Positions 1 through 9,565 of a stretch of DNA of 64,000 nt are shown in pieces. The stretch covers positions 1,904,237-1,968,236 of the forward strand of contig OZ260074.1 in NCBI GenBank assembly GCA_965284375.1. The letters run 5' to 3'. This DNA comes from Caulobacteraceae bacterium (GTDB taxonomy: Bacteria > Pseudomonadota > Alphaproteobacteria > Caulobacterales > Caulobacteraceae). The notes beneath the pieces were generated by a model that saw nothing but the letters and a program-made list of their open reading frames with translations, was not told the origin of the DNA and did no database searches. The translations under genes and the position numbers were made by a program. The stretch's first letter is position 1. Each line of letters begins with the position of its first letter.

Positions 1-40
1 CGACACCACCACCGGCGAATACGTTCGTCGCGCTGAATAG
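1..40 (+). CDS. efp: Elongation factor P, 3' end only (partial)
   Basis: Frame 2..40 reads DTTTGEYVRRAE*, an EF-P-like C-terminus. efp directly upstream of suhB is a common alphaproteobacterial order. Confidence 0.65.
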   Translation, partial: DTTTGEYVRRAE

Positions 41-126
41 AGTGATTAGTGGTTGGTGATTAGTAGTTGGCCGCGTCCTCGATGGTGTCCGACCGGCAAT
101 CACGAACCACAAATCACTAACCACTC
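40..126. repeat. Imperfect inverted repeat built of heptamers (AGTGATT/AGTGGTT type)
   Basis: Left arm gagtgattagtggttggtgattagtagtt (40-68); right arm aatcacgaaccacaaatcactaaccactc (98-126). Confidence 0.8.
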
Positions 127-206
127 GGCTCCATCCGGAGCCGTTGAACTTCTCCGCCTATCCGGGCCAAAGCGCCTTTTCAGGATAGTCGGACCAGGAG
201 ATCCTC

Positions 207-1010
207 ATGGCCCTCGCCTCCGCCCTTCTCACCGTCATGCTTGACGCGGTTCGCAAGACCGCCCGCCCGATGCTGCGCGACTTCGGCGAGGTCGCCCAGC
301 TGCAGGTGTCGCGCAAGGGCCCCGGCGATTTCGTCACCGCAGCCGACATCAAGGCCGAGGACAGCCTTTTCGAACTGCTGATGAAGGCCCGCCCCGGCTA
401 CGGTTTCCTGGGCGAGGAGCGCGGCATGATCGAGGGGACCGACAAGTCCCACATGTGGATTGTCGACCCGATCGACGGCACCACCAACTTCATGCACGCC
501 ATGCCCCACTTCGCCATCACGGTGGGCCTGCAACGCACCGCGCCCGACGGTTCATCCGAGATCGTCGCTGGCGTGACCTACAACCCCGTCATGAACGAGC
601 TGTTCTGGGCCGAAAAGGGCAAGGGCTGCTATCTGAACGACACCCGGATCAGGGTCGCCGGCCGCCGTGATCTTTCGGAAAGCCTGATCGCCACCGGCCT
701 GCCCTTCATCGGCAAGCCCGGCCACGCCCAGTCGATCAAGGACATCCACGCCATCGGCCAGCGCGTTGCCGGAATCCGCCGCCTGGGTTCGGCGGCCCTC
801 GACTTCGCCTGGGTTGCGGCGGGGCGGTACGACGCCTTCTATGAGCGCAACCTCCAGCCCTGGGACGTGGCGGCGGGCATTCTGTTCGTCACCGAGGCCG
901 GCGGCGTAGTCACCACGATCGACGGCGAGGGCCGGCCCGAGACGGGTGCCCAGATCCTGGCGACCAACTCGGAACTGCATCCGCAGCTTCTGAAGGTGCT
1001 GCGAGGCTAG
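207..1010 (+). CDS. suhB: Inositol monophosphatase family protein
   Basis: Motifs GFLGEE, WIVDPIDGTTNF and WDVAAG; 267 aa. Confidence 0.95.
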   Translation: MALASALLTVMLDAVRKTARPMLRDFGEVAQLQVSRKGPGDFVTAADIKAEDSLFELLMKARPGYGFLGEERGMIEGTDKSHMWIVDPIDGTTNFMHAMPHFAITVGLQRTAPDGSSEIVAGVTYNPVMNELFWAEKGKGCYLNDTRIRVAGRRDLSESLIATGLPFIGKPGHAQSIKDIHAIGQRVAGIRRLGSAALDFAWVAAGRYDAFYERNLQPWDVAAGILFVTEAGGVVTTIDGEGRPETGAQILATNSELHPQLLKVLRG

Positions 1011-1047
1011 GCCAACCGCTTCTCTCTCAATCGGAGAAGGGCCGCGG

Positions 1048-2748
1048 TCACCCGATCAAGGAACGCGCCGCCGCCCGGGCCTCGTCCGTCACCACCGCGC
1101 CCGACAGCATGCGCGCAATCTCCTCGCGTCGGGCGTCGTCGTCCAACGTATCGACCGTGGTTGTGGTCAGGCCACCGGCGTCGGACTTGCGCACTTTCCA
1201 GTGGGCGTGGCCGCGCGCCGCGACCTGCGGGCTGTGGGTCACGACCAGAACCTGGGCACCGGTCGAGAGCCGCTCGAGGCGGGCACCGACAGCCGAGGCC
1301 ACGGCCCCGCCGACGCCCTGATCCACCTCGTCAAAGATCATCACCGGCTGGCGCTGATCCTCGCGCCCGGCGAGCGCCGCCTTCATGGCGAGGGCGAAGC
1401 GGGCCAGTTCACCGCCTGATGCGATGGCGTCCAGCGGGCCGAAGGCAGTTCCGGCATTGGTGGCGATCTCAAAGCGGGTGGTCTCGACGCCCAGCGGTCC
1501 CCGACGCCCCTCCGTCACCGGCTCGAAGGCGACGCGGAAGCGGGCGCGGTCCAGCTTCAGCGGGCCCAGCTCGGTCATGACCGCAGTGGTCAGGCGATCG
1601 GCGGCGGCCTCGCGCGCCGAGGTCAGCAGCATGGCGGCGACGTCATAGGCTTCGCGCGCAGCCGAGGCGGCGCGTTCGGCGGCGCTGATGGCTTCGGCCC
1701 CGTCCTCGATCAGCCGCAGCTGGTCGCGGAAGCGGACGCGCAGCACGGGCAGGCTCTCGACCGAGGTGTTCAGCTTGCGGGCGGCGGCGCGCAGGGCGAA
1801 CAGCCGCTCCTCCGCCTTGTCGAGGCGACCGGGCTCGAAGTCGAAGGCATTGGCCGCGGCGTCGACGCAGGCGATGGCCTCCTCGGCCTCGACCAGGGTG
1901 CGGTCGATGGCCTCGGCGGCGGCGGACAGCTTCTGCATCAGGGGGTGTTCGGGGTCCGTGCCCGCCTGCCCTGCCCTTTGCCGGGCGTGTTCGACGGCGC
2001 GCAGGGCCGCCGAAAGTTTCTGGGCCAGCTTGTCGCCGCCCAGCTGGGTGCGGGCATCGGCCAGATCGCCGATGGCCTTTTCCGCCGCCCCGAGGATGGC
2101 GCGCTCGCCGGCCAGGTCCGTTTCCTCGTCGGCCCGGGGATCCAGTTCGTCGAGGTCGGCGAGGTTCTGCGTCAGCTCCTCGGCGCGCGAGGCGGCGTCG
2201 GCGGCGGCGGCCTTGAGATCGGAGACGGCGCGGTCGGCGACCTTCAATCGCTCGGCGGCACCGGCGACGCCGAGAAGCTGGGGCTGCAGGCCCCCGTAGC
2301 TGTCCAGCAGGGCACGATGGGTCTTCCAGTCCAGAAGGCCGACGGTTTCATGCTGCCCATGCACCTCGACGAGGGCCTGGCCGATCTCGCGCAGGGCGGT
2401 GACGCCCGCGGGCTGGTCGTTGACGAAGGCGCGACTGCGGCCGTCAGCGGCCACGGTGCGGCGCAGAATCAGATCTTCGCCCGGCGCGACGTCGAAGCCG
2501 CGCTCGGCGATCATCTCGATCAGGGCAGGATCGTCGGGGGCCGTAAAGACGGCGGTGGCAGAGGCCTGTTTGGCGCCCGCCCGCACCAGGCCGGCGTCGG
2601 CGCGCGCGCCCAGGGCCAGACCGAGGGCGTCGAGAATGATTGACTTGCCGGCGCCGGTCTCGCCGGTCAGCACGGTCAGGCCGCCCTCGACCTCGAGGTC
2701 GAGGGCATCCACCAGCACGATGTCGCGAATGGAAAGGGCGGTCAGCAC
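1048..2748 (-). CDS. recN: DNA repair protein RecN
   Basis: Walker A LTGETGAGKS, signature ASGGELAR, IFDEVDQGVGG, VVTHSPQVAA. Probable GTG start at 2748 (VLTALSIRD). Confidence 0.97.
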   Translation of the reverse strand: MLTALSIRDIVLVDALDLEVEGGLTVLTGETGAGKSIILDALGLALGARADAGLVRAGAKQASATAVFTAPDDPALIEMIAERGFDVAPGEDLILRRTVAADGRSRAFVNDQPAGVTALREIGQALVEVHGQHETVGLLDWKTHRALLDSYGGLQPQLLGVAGAAERLKVADRAVSDLKAAAADAASRAEELTQNLADLDELDPRADEETDLAGERAILGAAEKAIGDLADARTQLGGDKLAQKLSAALRAVEHARQRAGQAGTDPEHPLMQKLSAAAEAIDRTLVEAEEAIACVDAAANAFDFEPGRLDKAEERLFALRAAARKLNTSVESLPVLRVRFRDQLRLIEDGAEAISAAERAASAAREAYDVAAMLLTSAREAAADRLTTAVMTELGPLKLDRARFRVAFEPVTEGRRGPLGVETTRFEIATNAGTAFGPLDAIASGGELARFALAMKAALAGREDQRQPVMIFDEVDQGVGGAVASAVGARLERLSTGAQVLVVTHSPQVAARGHAHWKVRKSDAGGLTTTTVDTLDDDARREEIARMLSGAVVTDEARAAARSLIG

Positions 2749-2876
2749 GGGCCCGCTCCCTCGCGGCTTACGGGACTGACGGCGCAAGGATCAGGGTGAG
2801 GCAAAGCGAATCGATCTCTCTGGCGACGCCGGAGAGTGCTGGCCTTTCGCCCCCCGGGTAAAGCCCGAGGTTAGCG

Positions 2877-2891
2877 GAACATATCGGAAAC
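2877..2891. promoter_or_regulatory. Probable LexA (SOS) box upstream of recN
   Basis: GAAC-ATATCGG-AAAC, one mismatch to the alphaproteobacterial GAAC-N7-GAAC box, located between bamD and recN. Confidence 0.55.
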
Positions 2892-2892
2892 G

Positions 2893-3750
2893 TCAGCCCG
2901 GGATGATCCGGCGCAGCCAGCTTTCACGCTGACCGATCGGTGCGACCTCGGGCTGGCGACCGTCTTCGGTCAGCAGGGCGTAGGCCTCGGCGTACCAGGG
3001 GCTGCCCGGATAGTTGAAGCCCAGAACAGCGCCGTCGCGGGTTGCCTCTTCCTTGAGGCCCAGCATCAGATTGACCTCGACCAGACGGTACAGGGCCTCT
3101 GGCGTGTGGGAGGTGCGTTGGAAGGCTTCATTGTCGATGACCGCCTTGTAGCGGTTGATCGCAGCCAGAGGCTGCCCAGCGCGCTGGTAATAGCGTCCGA
3201 TGGCCATTTCCTTGCCTGCCAGCTGATCATTGACCATGTCGATCTTGACCGTGGCATCGATGGCGTAGGACGTGCCGGGATAGCGACGCTGAACATCCTT
3301 CAGCCCGTCCAGCGCCGCCTGGGCATAGCCCTGGTCGCGACCCACATCGGTGATCTGTTCAAAATTGCACAGCGCCTTCATGTAGAAGGCGTAGGGCGCA
3401 CTCGGGTTACCCGGGAACAGCTGGATGAAACGGTCCGAAGCAGCGATCGCCTCGACGTAGTTGTTATTCTGATAGTAGGCGTAGATCTGCATCAGGATCG
3501 CGCGACGCGACCATTCCGAATACGGATGCTGGCGCTCGACCTCCTGGAAATAGTCGATGGCGTCGGCCCAGCGCTTGCTCTGCATACGCTGGTAGCCTGT
3601 GTTGTAGAGCGCCTCGACCGGCCGCTCCTCATAGGCCAGGCGCGGACGATTGGTGCGGCCCGAACAGGCCGAGATCGTCAGGGCCGAAACAGCCACGGTG
3701 GCCAGGATCAGGCCGGCGCGGAACTTGAAAACAGGCAAGGACGACCTCAA
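2893..3750 (-). CDS. bamD: Outer membrane protein assembly factor BamD (lipoprotein)
   Basis: Lipobox ISAC; TPR-like motifs HPYSEWSRRA, YAFYMKAL, DQLAGKEMAIGRYY. Start is approximate; the track's extension to 4113 overlaps prs. Confidence 0.93.
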   Translation of the reverse strand: MRSSLPVFKFRAGLILATVAVSALTISACSGRTNRPRLAYEERPVEALYNTGYQRMQSKRWADAIDYFQEVERQHPYSEWSRRAILMQIYAYYQNNNYVEAIAASDRFIQLFPGNPSAPYAFYMKALCNFEQITDVGRDQGYAQAALDGLKDVQRRYPGTSYAIDATVKIDMVNDQLAGKEMAIGRYYQRAGQPLAAINRYKAVIDNEAFQRTSHTPEALYRLVEVNLMLGLKEEATRDGAVLGFNYPGSPWYAEAYALLTEDGRQPEVAPIGQRESWLRRIIPG

Positions 3751-3955
3751 AATGATAGCCGGCGGGCGCGAACCCGTCGGCGCCCCCGAAAACGAGACGC
3801 GATCTCTACACCAGCGGACTCGTCTGCGCCAATGCGCGAAGACAGCCTTAAAAACACGCGCCGCGCCTTGTGGCGGAGCCGTCCGCTGGTATGTAGCGCG
3901 CCAGCGCCACGGCAGCATTCTCAGCCCGGCGATGACGGCGAAAGGATGACCGGAC

Positions 3956-4891
3956 ATGAAGCTGCTCTCTGGCAATTCAAACCGGACCCTGTCCCAGGCC
4001 ATTGCGGCCCACCTCGACATGCCCCTGACCAAGGCCCAGGTGAAGCGGTTCGCCGACAATGAGGTGTTTGCCGTCATCGAGGAAAACGTCCGCGGCGAGG
4101 ACGTCTTCGTCATTCAGTCGACCAGCTATCCGGCCAACGACAACCTGATGGAATTGCTGATCATGACGGACGCCCTGGTCAGGGCATCGGCGAGGCGGAT
4201 CACCGCCGTCATGCCCTATTTCGGCTATGCCCGGCAGGACCGGAAGACCGGCGGGCGTACCCCCATCTCGGCCAAGCTGGTGGCCAATATGATCACTCGG
4301 GCGGGCGCGCACCGCGTCCTGACCATGGACCTGCACGCCGGACAGATTCAGGGCTTCTTCGACATTCCGACCGACAATCTCGTTGCCACGCCCGTGCTGG
4401 CGCAGGATATCAGGGATCGCTATCCGCGTGGCGATGAACTGATGATCGTCTCGCCGGATGTGGGTGGTGTGGTCCGCGCGCGGTCGCTGGCGTCGCGACT
4501 CAACGCGGATCTGGCGATCGTCGACAAGCGCCGGGCCCGCGCCGGTGAAAGCGAGGTCATGAATATCATCGGGGATGTCGAGGGCCGGCGCTGCATCCTG
4601 TTCGACGACATCGTCGATTCCGGCGGCACCCTGGTGAACGCAGCGAAGGCCCTGATGGACAAGGGGGCCACAGAGGTTTCCGCCTATATCAGTCACGGCG
4701 TGCTGTCGGGCCCGGCTGTCCAGCGCGTGACCGACGGCCCGCTGAAGGAACTGGTCATCACCGATTCCATCGAACAACCCCACGAAGTCCTGACATGCGG
4801 AAAGATCCGCACGGTTTCGGTCGCGCCGCTGATCGGCGAAGCCATCCGACGGATCGCCAACGAGGAATCGGTCTCCAAACTGTTCGACTGA
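3956..4891 (+). CDS. prs: Ribose-phosphate pyrophosphokinase
   Basis: [38 protein letters not shown]. Confidence 0.98.
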   Translation: MKLLSGNSNRTLSQAIAAHLDMPLTKAQVKRFADNEVFAVIEENVRGEDVFVIQSTSYPANDNLMELLIMTDALVRASARRITAVMPYFGYARQDRKTGGRTPISAKLVANMITRAGAHRVLTMDLHAGQIQGFFDIPTDNLVATPVLAQDIRDRYPRGDELMIVSPDVGGVVRARSLASRLNADLAIVDKRRARAGESEVMNIIGDVEGRRCILFDDIVDSGGTLVNAAKALMDKGATEVSAYISHGVLSGPAVQRVTDGPLKELVITDSIEQPHEVLTCGKIRTVSVAPLIGEAIRRIANEESVSKLFD

Positions 4892-4972
4892 CCTGCGAAC
4901 ATTTGTCCGGACCGCCTCAAAATGGCCGGTCGGAGGTTCTCTGCTCCCCGACAGTCAGTTCGAGGAGATGTC

Positions 4973-6130
4973 ATGCATCCGGCCACCATGCGCCAAGGCC
5001 TTTCGCTTGCCGCCCTCTGCGCGGCTGCGGTTCTGGCAGGCTGCGCCTCAGGCAAGGCGGGATCGCAGGCCGAGGCCGAAGCCACCCGCGTCGCCGCCGA
5101 GGCTGCGACCCTGGCCGCCCGCACACCCCCTGCGATCAGCCTCAACGAAGGCGTCGCCCGGGACGCAGCGGTCTATCTGGCGTTCGCCCGCGACCTGGCT
5201 ACCCTCCGCGGCGGCTTCAATAGCCCCGAGGCGATCCAGGCGGCCCTGCGCAAGGGGGCCGCCTATGATACCGGCCAGATCTCCCGGGGCATGGTCGCCT
5301 ATGCCTCCATCGTCGCACTTCAGTCGCCCGAATTCGTGGCCGGCGTGAACCAGTACGGCGTCAATCCGGCCGGCCGGCAGAAGATGATCGCGGACATCGT
5401 CGCCGACCCGCGCACGGCCTCATATCTGCCGGGAGCGGATGTGGCGGCCGGCCTGATCATGGCGACCCTGGATGTCGACATCGACGCCCTGAGCGCCTCG
5501 GCCAACTCGATCGAGAACGACGCCTATGCCGTTCAGGCAGATGGTCGCAGATCCTGGGCCATCGCCCATGTCACGGACCGCGAAGCGCGACTGGCGGGTG
5601 CCAAGGCCCTTTCGGGCCAGCCCATGTCGCCGTCCGCGGCAGAGACGGCCCGGCTGTTCGCCGCCGCCAACACCGGGGGTGGGCTGGGCGTCTACGCCGG
5701 TCGCCGCCGTCAACCTGCCTTTCCGCCCGTGGTGACTAACGCCCTGGCCCTCGCGGCCCTCGCCGCTCTGGGTGCCGGCGGTGAGGACGCGCACGCCAAT
5801 ACGGTTGCCCTGCAGTCCGAGCCGACAAGCCGAAACTGCCTGAACGAGTCAAAGCTCAACCTGTACCAATGCCTCGCCGCGTCGCGACCGAGCTATGAGG
5901 ACATGTTCTGCGTCGGCCGCCATATTGTGCGCGACCTGGCCACCTGCACGCGTGCTGCCGCTCTTCCCGCCGCCACCGTCACGGTTTCGGATGTTGTGCC
6001 GGTGGACGATGCACCGCAGATCATTGTCAGGGTGCCGCTGAACCCGCTCCGGCGCTCGCCAGTGTCCCCGACCGAACAACTGAACATCGGGACAGGGACG
6101 CCTGTTCCGCAGGGTCCATCCGGCGACTGA
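4973..6130 (+). CDS. Uncharacterised lipoprotein, paralog 1 of a tandem pair
   Basis: RBS gaggag before ATG 4973; lipobox LAGC; C-terminal Cys motif CLNESKLNLYQCLAASRPSYEDMFCVGRH shared with the next gene. Confidence 0.8.
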   Translation: MHPATMRQGLSLAALCAAAVLAGCASGKAGSQAEAEATRVAAEAATLAARTPPAISLNEGVARDAAVYLAFARDLATLRGGFNSPEAIQAALRKGAAYDTGQISRGMVAYASIVALQSPEFVAGVNQYGVNPAGRQKMIADIVADPRTASYLPGADVAAGLIMATLDVDIDALSASANSIENDAYAVQADGRRSWAIAHVTDREARLAGAKALSGQPMSPSAAETARLFAAANTGGGLGVYAGRRRQPAFPPVVTNALALAALAALGAGGEDAHANTVALQSEPTSRNCLNESKLNLYQCLAASRPSYEDMFCVGRHIVRDLATCTRAAALPAATVTVSDVVPVDDAPQIIVRVPLNPLRRSPVSPTEQLNIGTGTPVPQGPSGD

Positions 6131-6256
6131 TCCGGCAATCCTCCAAGACGCTGTGGCTGGCGGATTAGTGATCGGCAAACGATTCGCGGCGCGTTATAAG
6201 GCATCTGGAGTTTCGGTGCCCCGCCACGGTGCCGTGCGTGTCCTGGGGAATTTCGC

Positions 6257-7357
6257 ATGTTCATGGCCTACCCGCGCCGCGGCCTTTCGCTTGCCGCCGC
6301 CGCCGCCGCTGTTGTCCTGGCCAGTTGCGCCACGCCCGAGCCGGAACCGGCTCCCGCACCCCCGCCGCCCGTCGCGCCGCCGCCGGCCGTCAGCCTGAAC
6401 GAAGGCGTGGCGCAGGCCGCCTCCATCTATGTCGCCTTCATGCGCGAGGCCGCCACCATCCACGCCGGCTTCGAAAGCGCCGAGGCCATCCAGGCCGCCA
6501 TCCGCAAGGGCGCGTCCTATGAGCCGGCACAGCTCTCGCGCGGCATGATCGCCTACGGCTCGATCCTGGCGCTGCAATCGCCGGAATTTGTGCAGGGCGT
6601 CCGTACCTACGCCGTCGATCCCGCCCAGCGTCAGCAGATGATTGCCCGCATCCTTGCCGATCCCGCCACGGCCGCGACCTTCCCGGGTGCCGACGCCGCT
6701 GCGGGGCTGATCGTGGACACCATCGGTCGCGATTCGGCGGCCATGCTGGTCATCGCCGACGCCGTCGAAGGCGACGCCTATACCATCCAGGAGCGCAACG
6801 ACCCTCGCCGCCGCTGGGCCACGGTGCACATCGCTGATCGCGTCGCCCGCCTCGAAGGTGCCAAGTCCCTGTCCGCGGTGCAGATGCTGCCCTCGGCCGA
6901 CGAATCGGCCCGCCTGTTCGCCGCTGCCAACACCGGTTCCGGGCTGGGACTGGGCGCGGCCCGCTCGGGACCACCCTATACCCCGGCCGTCGTCCGCTCC
7001 CTGGCCATCGCCGCCCTCGCCGCCCTCGGAGCCGGGGGAGAGGATGCGCGAGCCAACACCGAAGCCCTCGCGGTTGAGCAAAACAGTGAATTCTGCCTGA
7101 ACATGTCCAAGCTGATGCTGTTCCAGTGCCTGGCCGCGTCGCGGCCCAGCTATGAGGACATGTTCTGCGTCGGTCGCCACGTAGCACGCGATCTCGCCAC
7201 CTGCACGGCCCAGAACATCACCCCCGCGCCCGTGGATGTGCCCCAGACGGCGGTGGCCGGGGGCGCGCCCGATGCCGCAGCCGTCCAGACACCTGTGGCT
7301 GCGGAAGCGGCGGCAGCGTCCGTCTCGGCGACAGCGGCTTTGAACAACAGCCGCTGA
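6257..7357 (+). CDS. Uncharacterised lipoprotein, paralog 2
   Basis: Lipobox LASC; shares SLNEGVA and QCLAASRPSYEDMFCVGRH with paralog 1. Confidence 0.85.
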   Translation: MFMAYPRRGLSLAAAAAAVVLASCATPEPEPAPAPPPPVAPPPAVSLNEGVAQAASIYVAFMREAATIHAGFESAEAIQAAIRKGASYEPAQLSRGMIAYGSILALQSPEFVQGVRTYAVDPAQRQQMIARILADPATAATFPGADAAAGLIVDTIGRDSAAMLVIADAVEGDAYTIQERNDPRRRWATVHIADRVARLEGAKSLSAVQMLPSADESARLFAAANTGSGLGLGAARSGPPYTPAVVRSLAIAALAALGAGGEDARANTEALAVEQNSEFCLNMSKLMLFQCLAASRPSYEDMFCVGRHVARDLATCTAQNITPAPVDVPQTAVAGGAPDAAAVQTPVAAEAAAASVSATAALNNSR

Positions 7358-7497
7358 GCCGTCGACACGCGGTGCGTCAGACTGTTGCGTCCCGGGGCGC
7401 TTGCGTGTAATGACCCGCGCTCTTGAATTCAGGGTCCCTAGACCCCGCCGCGAGGGCTGACTGGTCAGCGCGGCGTTTGTGTTGTTGAGGCGAGGCG

Positions 7498-8187
7498 ATG
7501 GCCGAGATCATTCTGAACGTGGACGTCCGTGATGGCGTCGGCACCGGTGGCGCACGCGCCGCGCGTCGTGCGGGCATGGTCCCGGGCGTACTGTACGGCG
7601 GCGACAAGGCCCCCGTCGCCATTTCCGTGAACGAGCGCGACTTCCGCAAGTCGCTCTACACGGGCAAGCTTCTGGGTCACCTGGTGACGCTGAAGTACGG
7701 CGACGAGAGCCAGCCCGTGATTGCACGCGACGTGCAGTTCGACCCCGTGTCGGACCGCCCGCTTCATTTCGACCTGATGCGGGTCGACGAGAAGCAGACC
7801 ATCAAGATCGAAATTCCGGTTCACTTCATCAACCAGGACCAGTGCGAAGCCTTCCGTCAGGGCGGTTCGCTGGAAGTCGTGCGTCACTCCGTAGAGGTGA
7901 AGGTCCGCGCGGATCACATCCCGGAAGACCTGATCGTCGACTTGGCCGGCCACAAGATGGGCGACACCATCCGCTGGACCGACCTCAAGGGCACGAAAGA
8001 CGTCGAGCCGACGATCACCGACCGTGACTTCGTGATCGCCTCGATCAAGACCTCTTCGGCCGCCATCTCGGCCGCCGCAGACGAAGCCCACGATGCGGAA
8101 GTCGCCGCTGAAGTCGAGGCCGAGGCCGCAGAGGTCGAAGCCACCGAACAGGGCGAAGCTGCCGCGGAAGACACCGCCGAGGGCTGA
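7498..8187 (+). CDS. rplY: 50S ribosomal protein L25 / general stress protein Ctc
   Basis: VPGVLYGG, DVQFDPVSDRPLHFDL, acidic C-terminal tail. Confidence 0.96.
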   Translation: MAEIILNVDVRDGVGTGGARAARRAGMVPGVLYGGDKAPVAISVNERDFRKSLYTGKLLGHLVTLKYGDESQPVIARDVQFDPVSDRPLHFDLMRVDEKQTIKIEIPVHFINQDQCEAFRQGGSLEVVRHSVEVKVRADHIPEDLIVDLAGHKMGDTIRWTDLKGTKDVEPTITDRDFVIASIKTSSAAISAAADEAHDAEVAAEVEAEAAEVEATEQGEAAAEDTAEG

Positions 8188-8210
8188 TAGCCTCTCAACA
8201 ACCTGCTACT

Positions 8211-8251
8211 GGAACGGCCCCATCCGGCAACGGACGGGGCCGTTTCCTTTT
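8211..8251 (+). terminator. Probable intrinsic terminator after rplY
   Basis: Stem aacggcccc...ggggccgtt followed by tcctttt. Confidence 0.65.
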
Positions 8252-8265
8252 CCGGACCTCGCGCC

Positions 8266-8886
8266 ATGATCATCATCGCCGGCCTGGGCAATCCGGGCCC
8301 CAAATATCAGGGCAACCGCCACAACATCGGCTTCATGGCCGTCGACGGGATCGCCTCGCGTTGGCGGTTCGGGCCGGAACGCGCCAAATTCCAGTCGGTG
8401 ATCCGCGAGGGCGAGGTCGAAACCGCGACCGGACCGGTCAAGGTTCTGCTGATGAAGCCACAGACGTTCATGAACGAGAGTGGTCGGGCGGTCGGCGAGG
8501 CCGCGCGCTTCTACAAGGTCCAGCCATCGGCGGTGATTGTGTTCCACGACGAGATCGATCTGGCCCCGGGCCGGTTCCGCATGAAGACCGGTGGCGGGGC
8601 AGCGGGCCAGAACGGTGTCCGTTCGCTGATCAGCCAGTTGGGCGCAGACTTCCGTAGAGCGCGCATGGGTGTCGGTCATCCCGGAGAGAGCCACCTGGTC
8701 ATGCCGCATGTGCTTGGCGACTTCCACAAGGCCGACAAGGCCTGGCTGGACCCGATGCTTGCCGCTGTGTCCGACGCCCTGCCCTTTGCCCTGGGTGGAG
8801 ACGATGAGCGGTATCAGGCCGAAGTGATGCGTCTGGCTCCGGCCCCGAAATTCAGCCCGCGACAAGCGGCTCGCGGCGAGGACTGA
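8266..8886 (+). CDS. pth: Peptidyl-tRNA hydrolase
   Basis: GLGNPG, RHNIGF, KPQTFMNESG, HDEIDL. Confidence 0.96.
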   Translation: MIIIAGLGNPGPKYQGNRHNIGFMAVDGIASRWRFGPERAKFQSVIREGEVETATGPVKVLLMKPQTFMNESGRAVGEAARFYKVQPSAVIVFHDEIDLAPGRFRMKTGGGAAGQNGVRSLISQLGADFRRARMGVGHPGESHLVMPHVLGDFHKADKAWLDPMLAAVSDALPFALGGDDERYQAEVMRLAPAPKFSPRQAARGED

Positions 8887-8948
8887 CCGCCGCCTTGTCT
8901 CACGCAGTTCGCGCGGATAGACCGCGCCCAGCCTTCAAGGACATCGCC

Positions 8949-9428
8949 ATGTTTCTCCGCCCCCTCGCCCTTGCCGCCGCCCTGCTGACGCTCGCAGCCT
9001 GCAACTCCGGCGACCGCGCGCCCGCGCCCGGCGCACCGACGGTCGAGGTCTCCGACGCCCTGTGCCGACCGACCCCCAGGGGCCGGCAGACGACTGGCTG
9101 CTACATGACGCTGACAGCCAGTGGCCCGGACCGGCTGGTTTCGGTCGAAAGCCCCGACGCCAACATCGTCCAGATCCATGAGAGCCGCATGGAGAGCAAT
9201 ATGATGATGATGCAGCAGATGCGGGACGGGCTGCCTCTGGTCGCCGGACAGGCCACGGCGCTGGCACCGGGCGGCAATCATCTGATGCTCCTGGGCGTCA
9301 AGGAGCCGCTGGCCGTGGGCGACACGGTCACCCTGAAACTGATCTTCGCCACGGCGGCCCCCGTCGAGGTGACGGCGACGGTCGCACAGCCTGTGGCATC
9401 GGAATACGATCCGGCCATCGCCCACTGA
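8949..9428 (+). CDS. Copper chaperone PCu(A)C family lipoprotein
   Basis: Lipobox LAAC; H(E)...M...HLML metal motif (QIHESRMESNMMMMQQM, PGGNHLML). Confidence 0.88.
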   Translation: MFLRPLALAAALLTLAACNSGDRAPAPGAPTVEVSDALCRPTPRGRQTTGCYMTLTASGPDRLVSVESPDANIVQIHESRMESNMMMMQQMRDGLPLVAGQATALAPGGNHLMLLGVKEPLAVGDTVTLKLIFATAAPVEVTATVAQPVASEYDPAIAH

Positions 9429-9565
9429 CAGCTCTGTGACGCCCGAGCCTGACAAACGGGCTGCGACCCGCTAAGGGCTCGCCATCATTCTTTTGCATCG
9501 CCGCCGTCAGCGGAACGGACCCCGCGTCCATCCGCCGATCAGGCTTCAGGAACCGCCCCCCGCCC

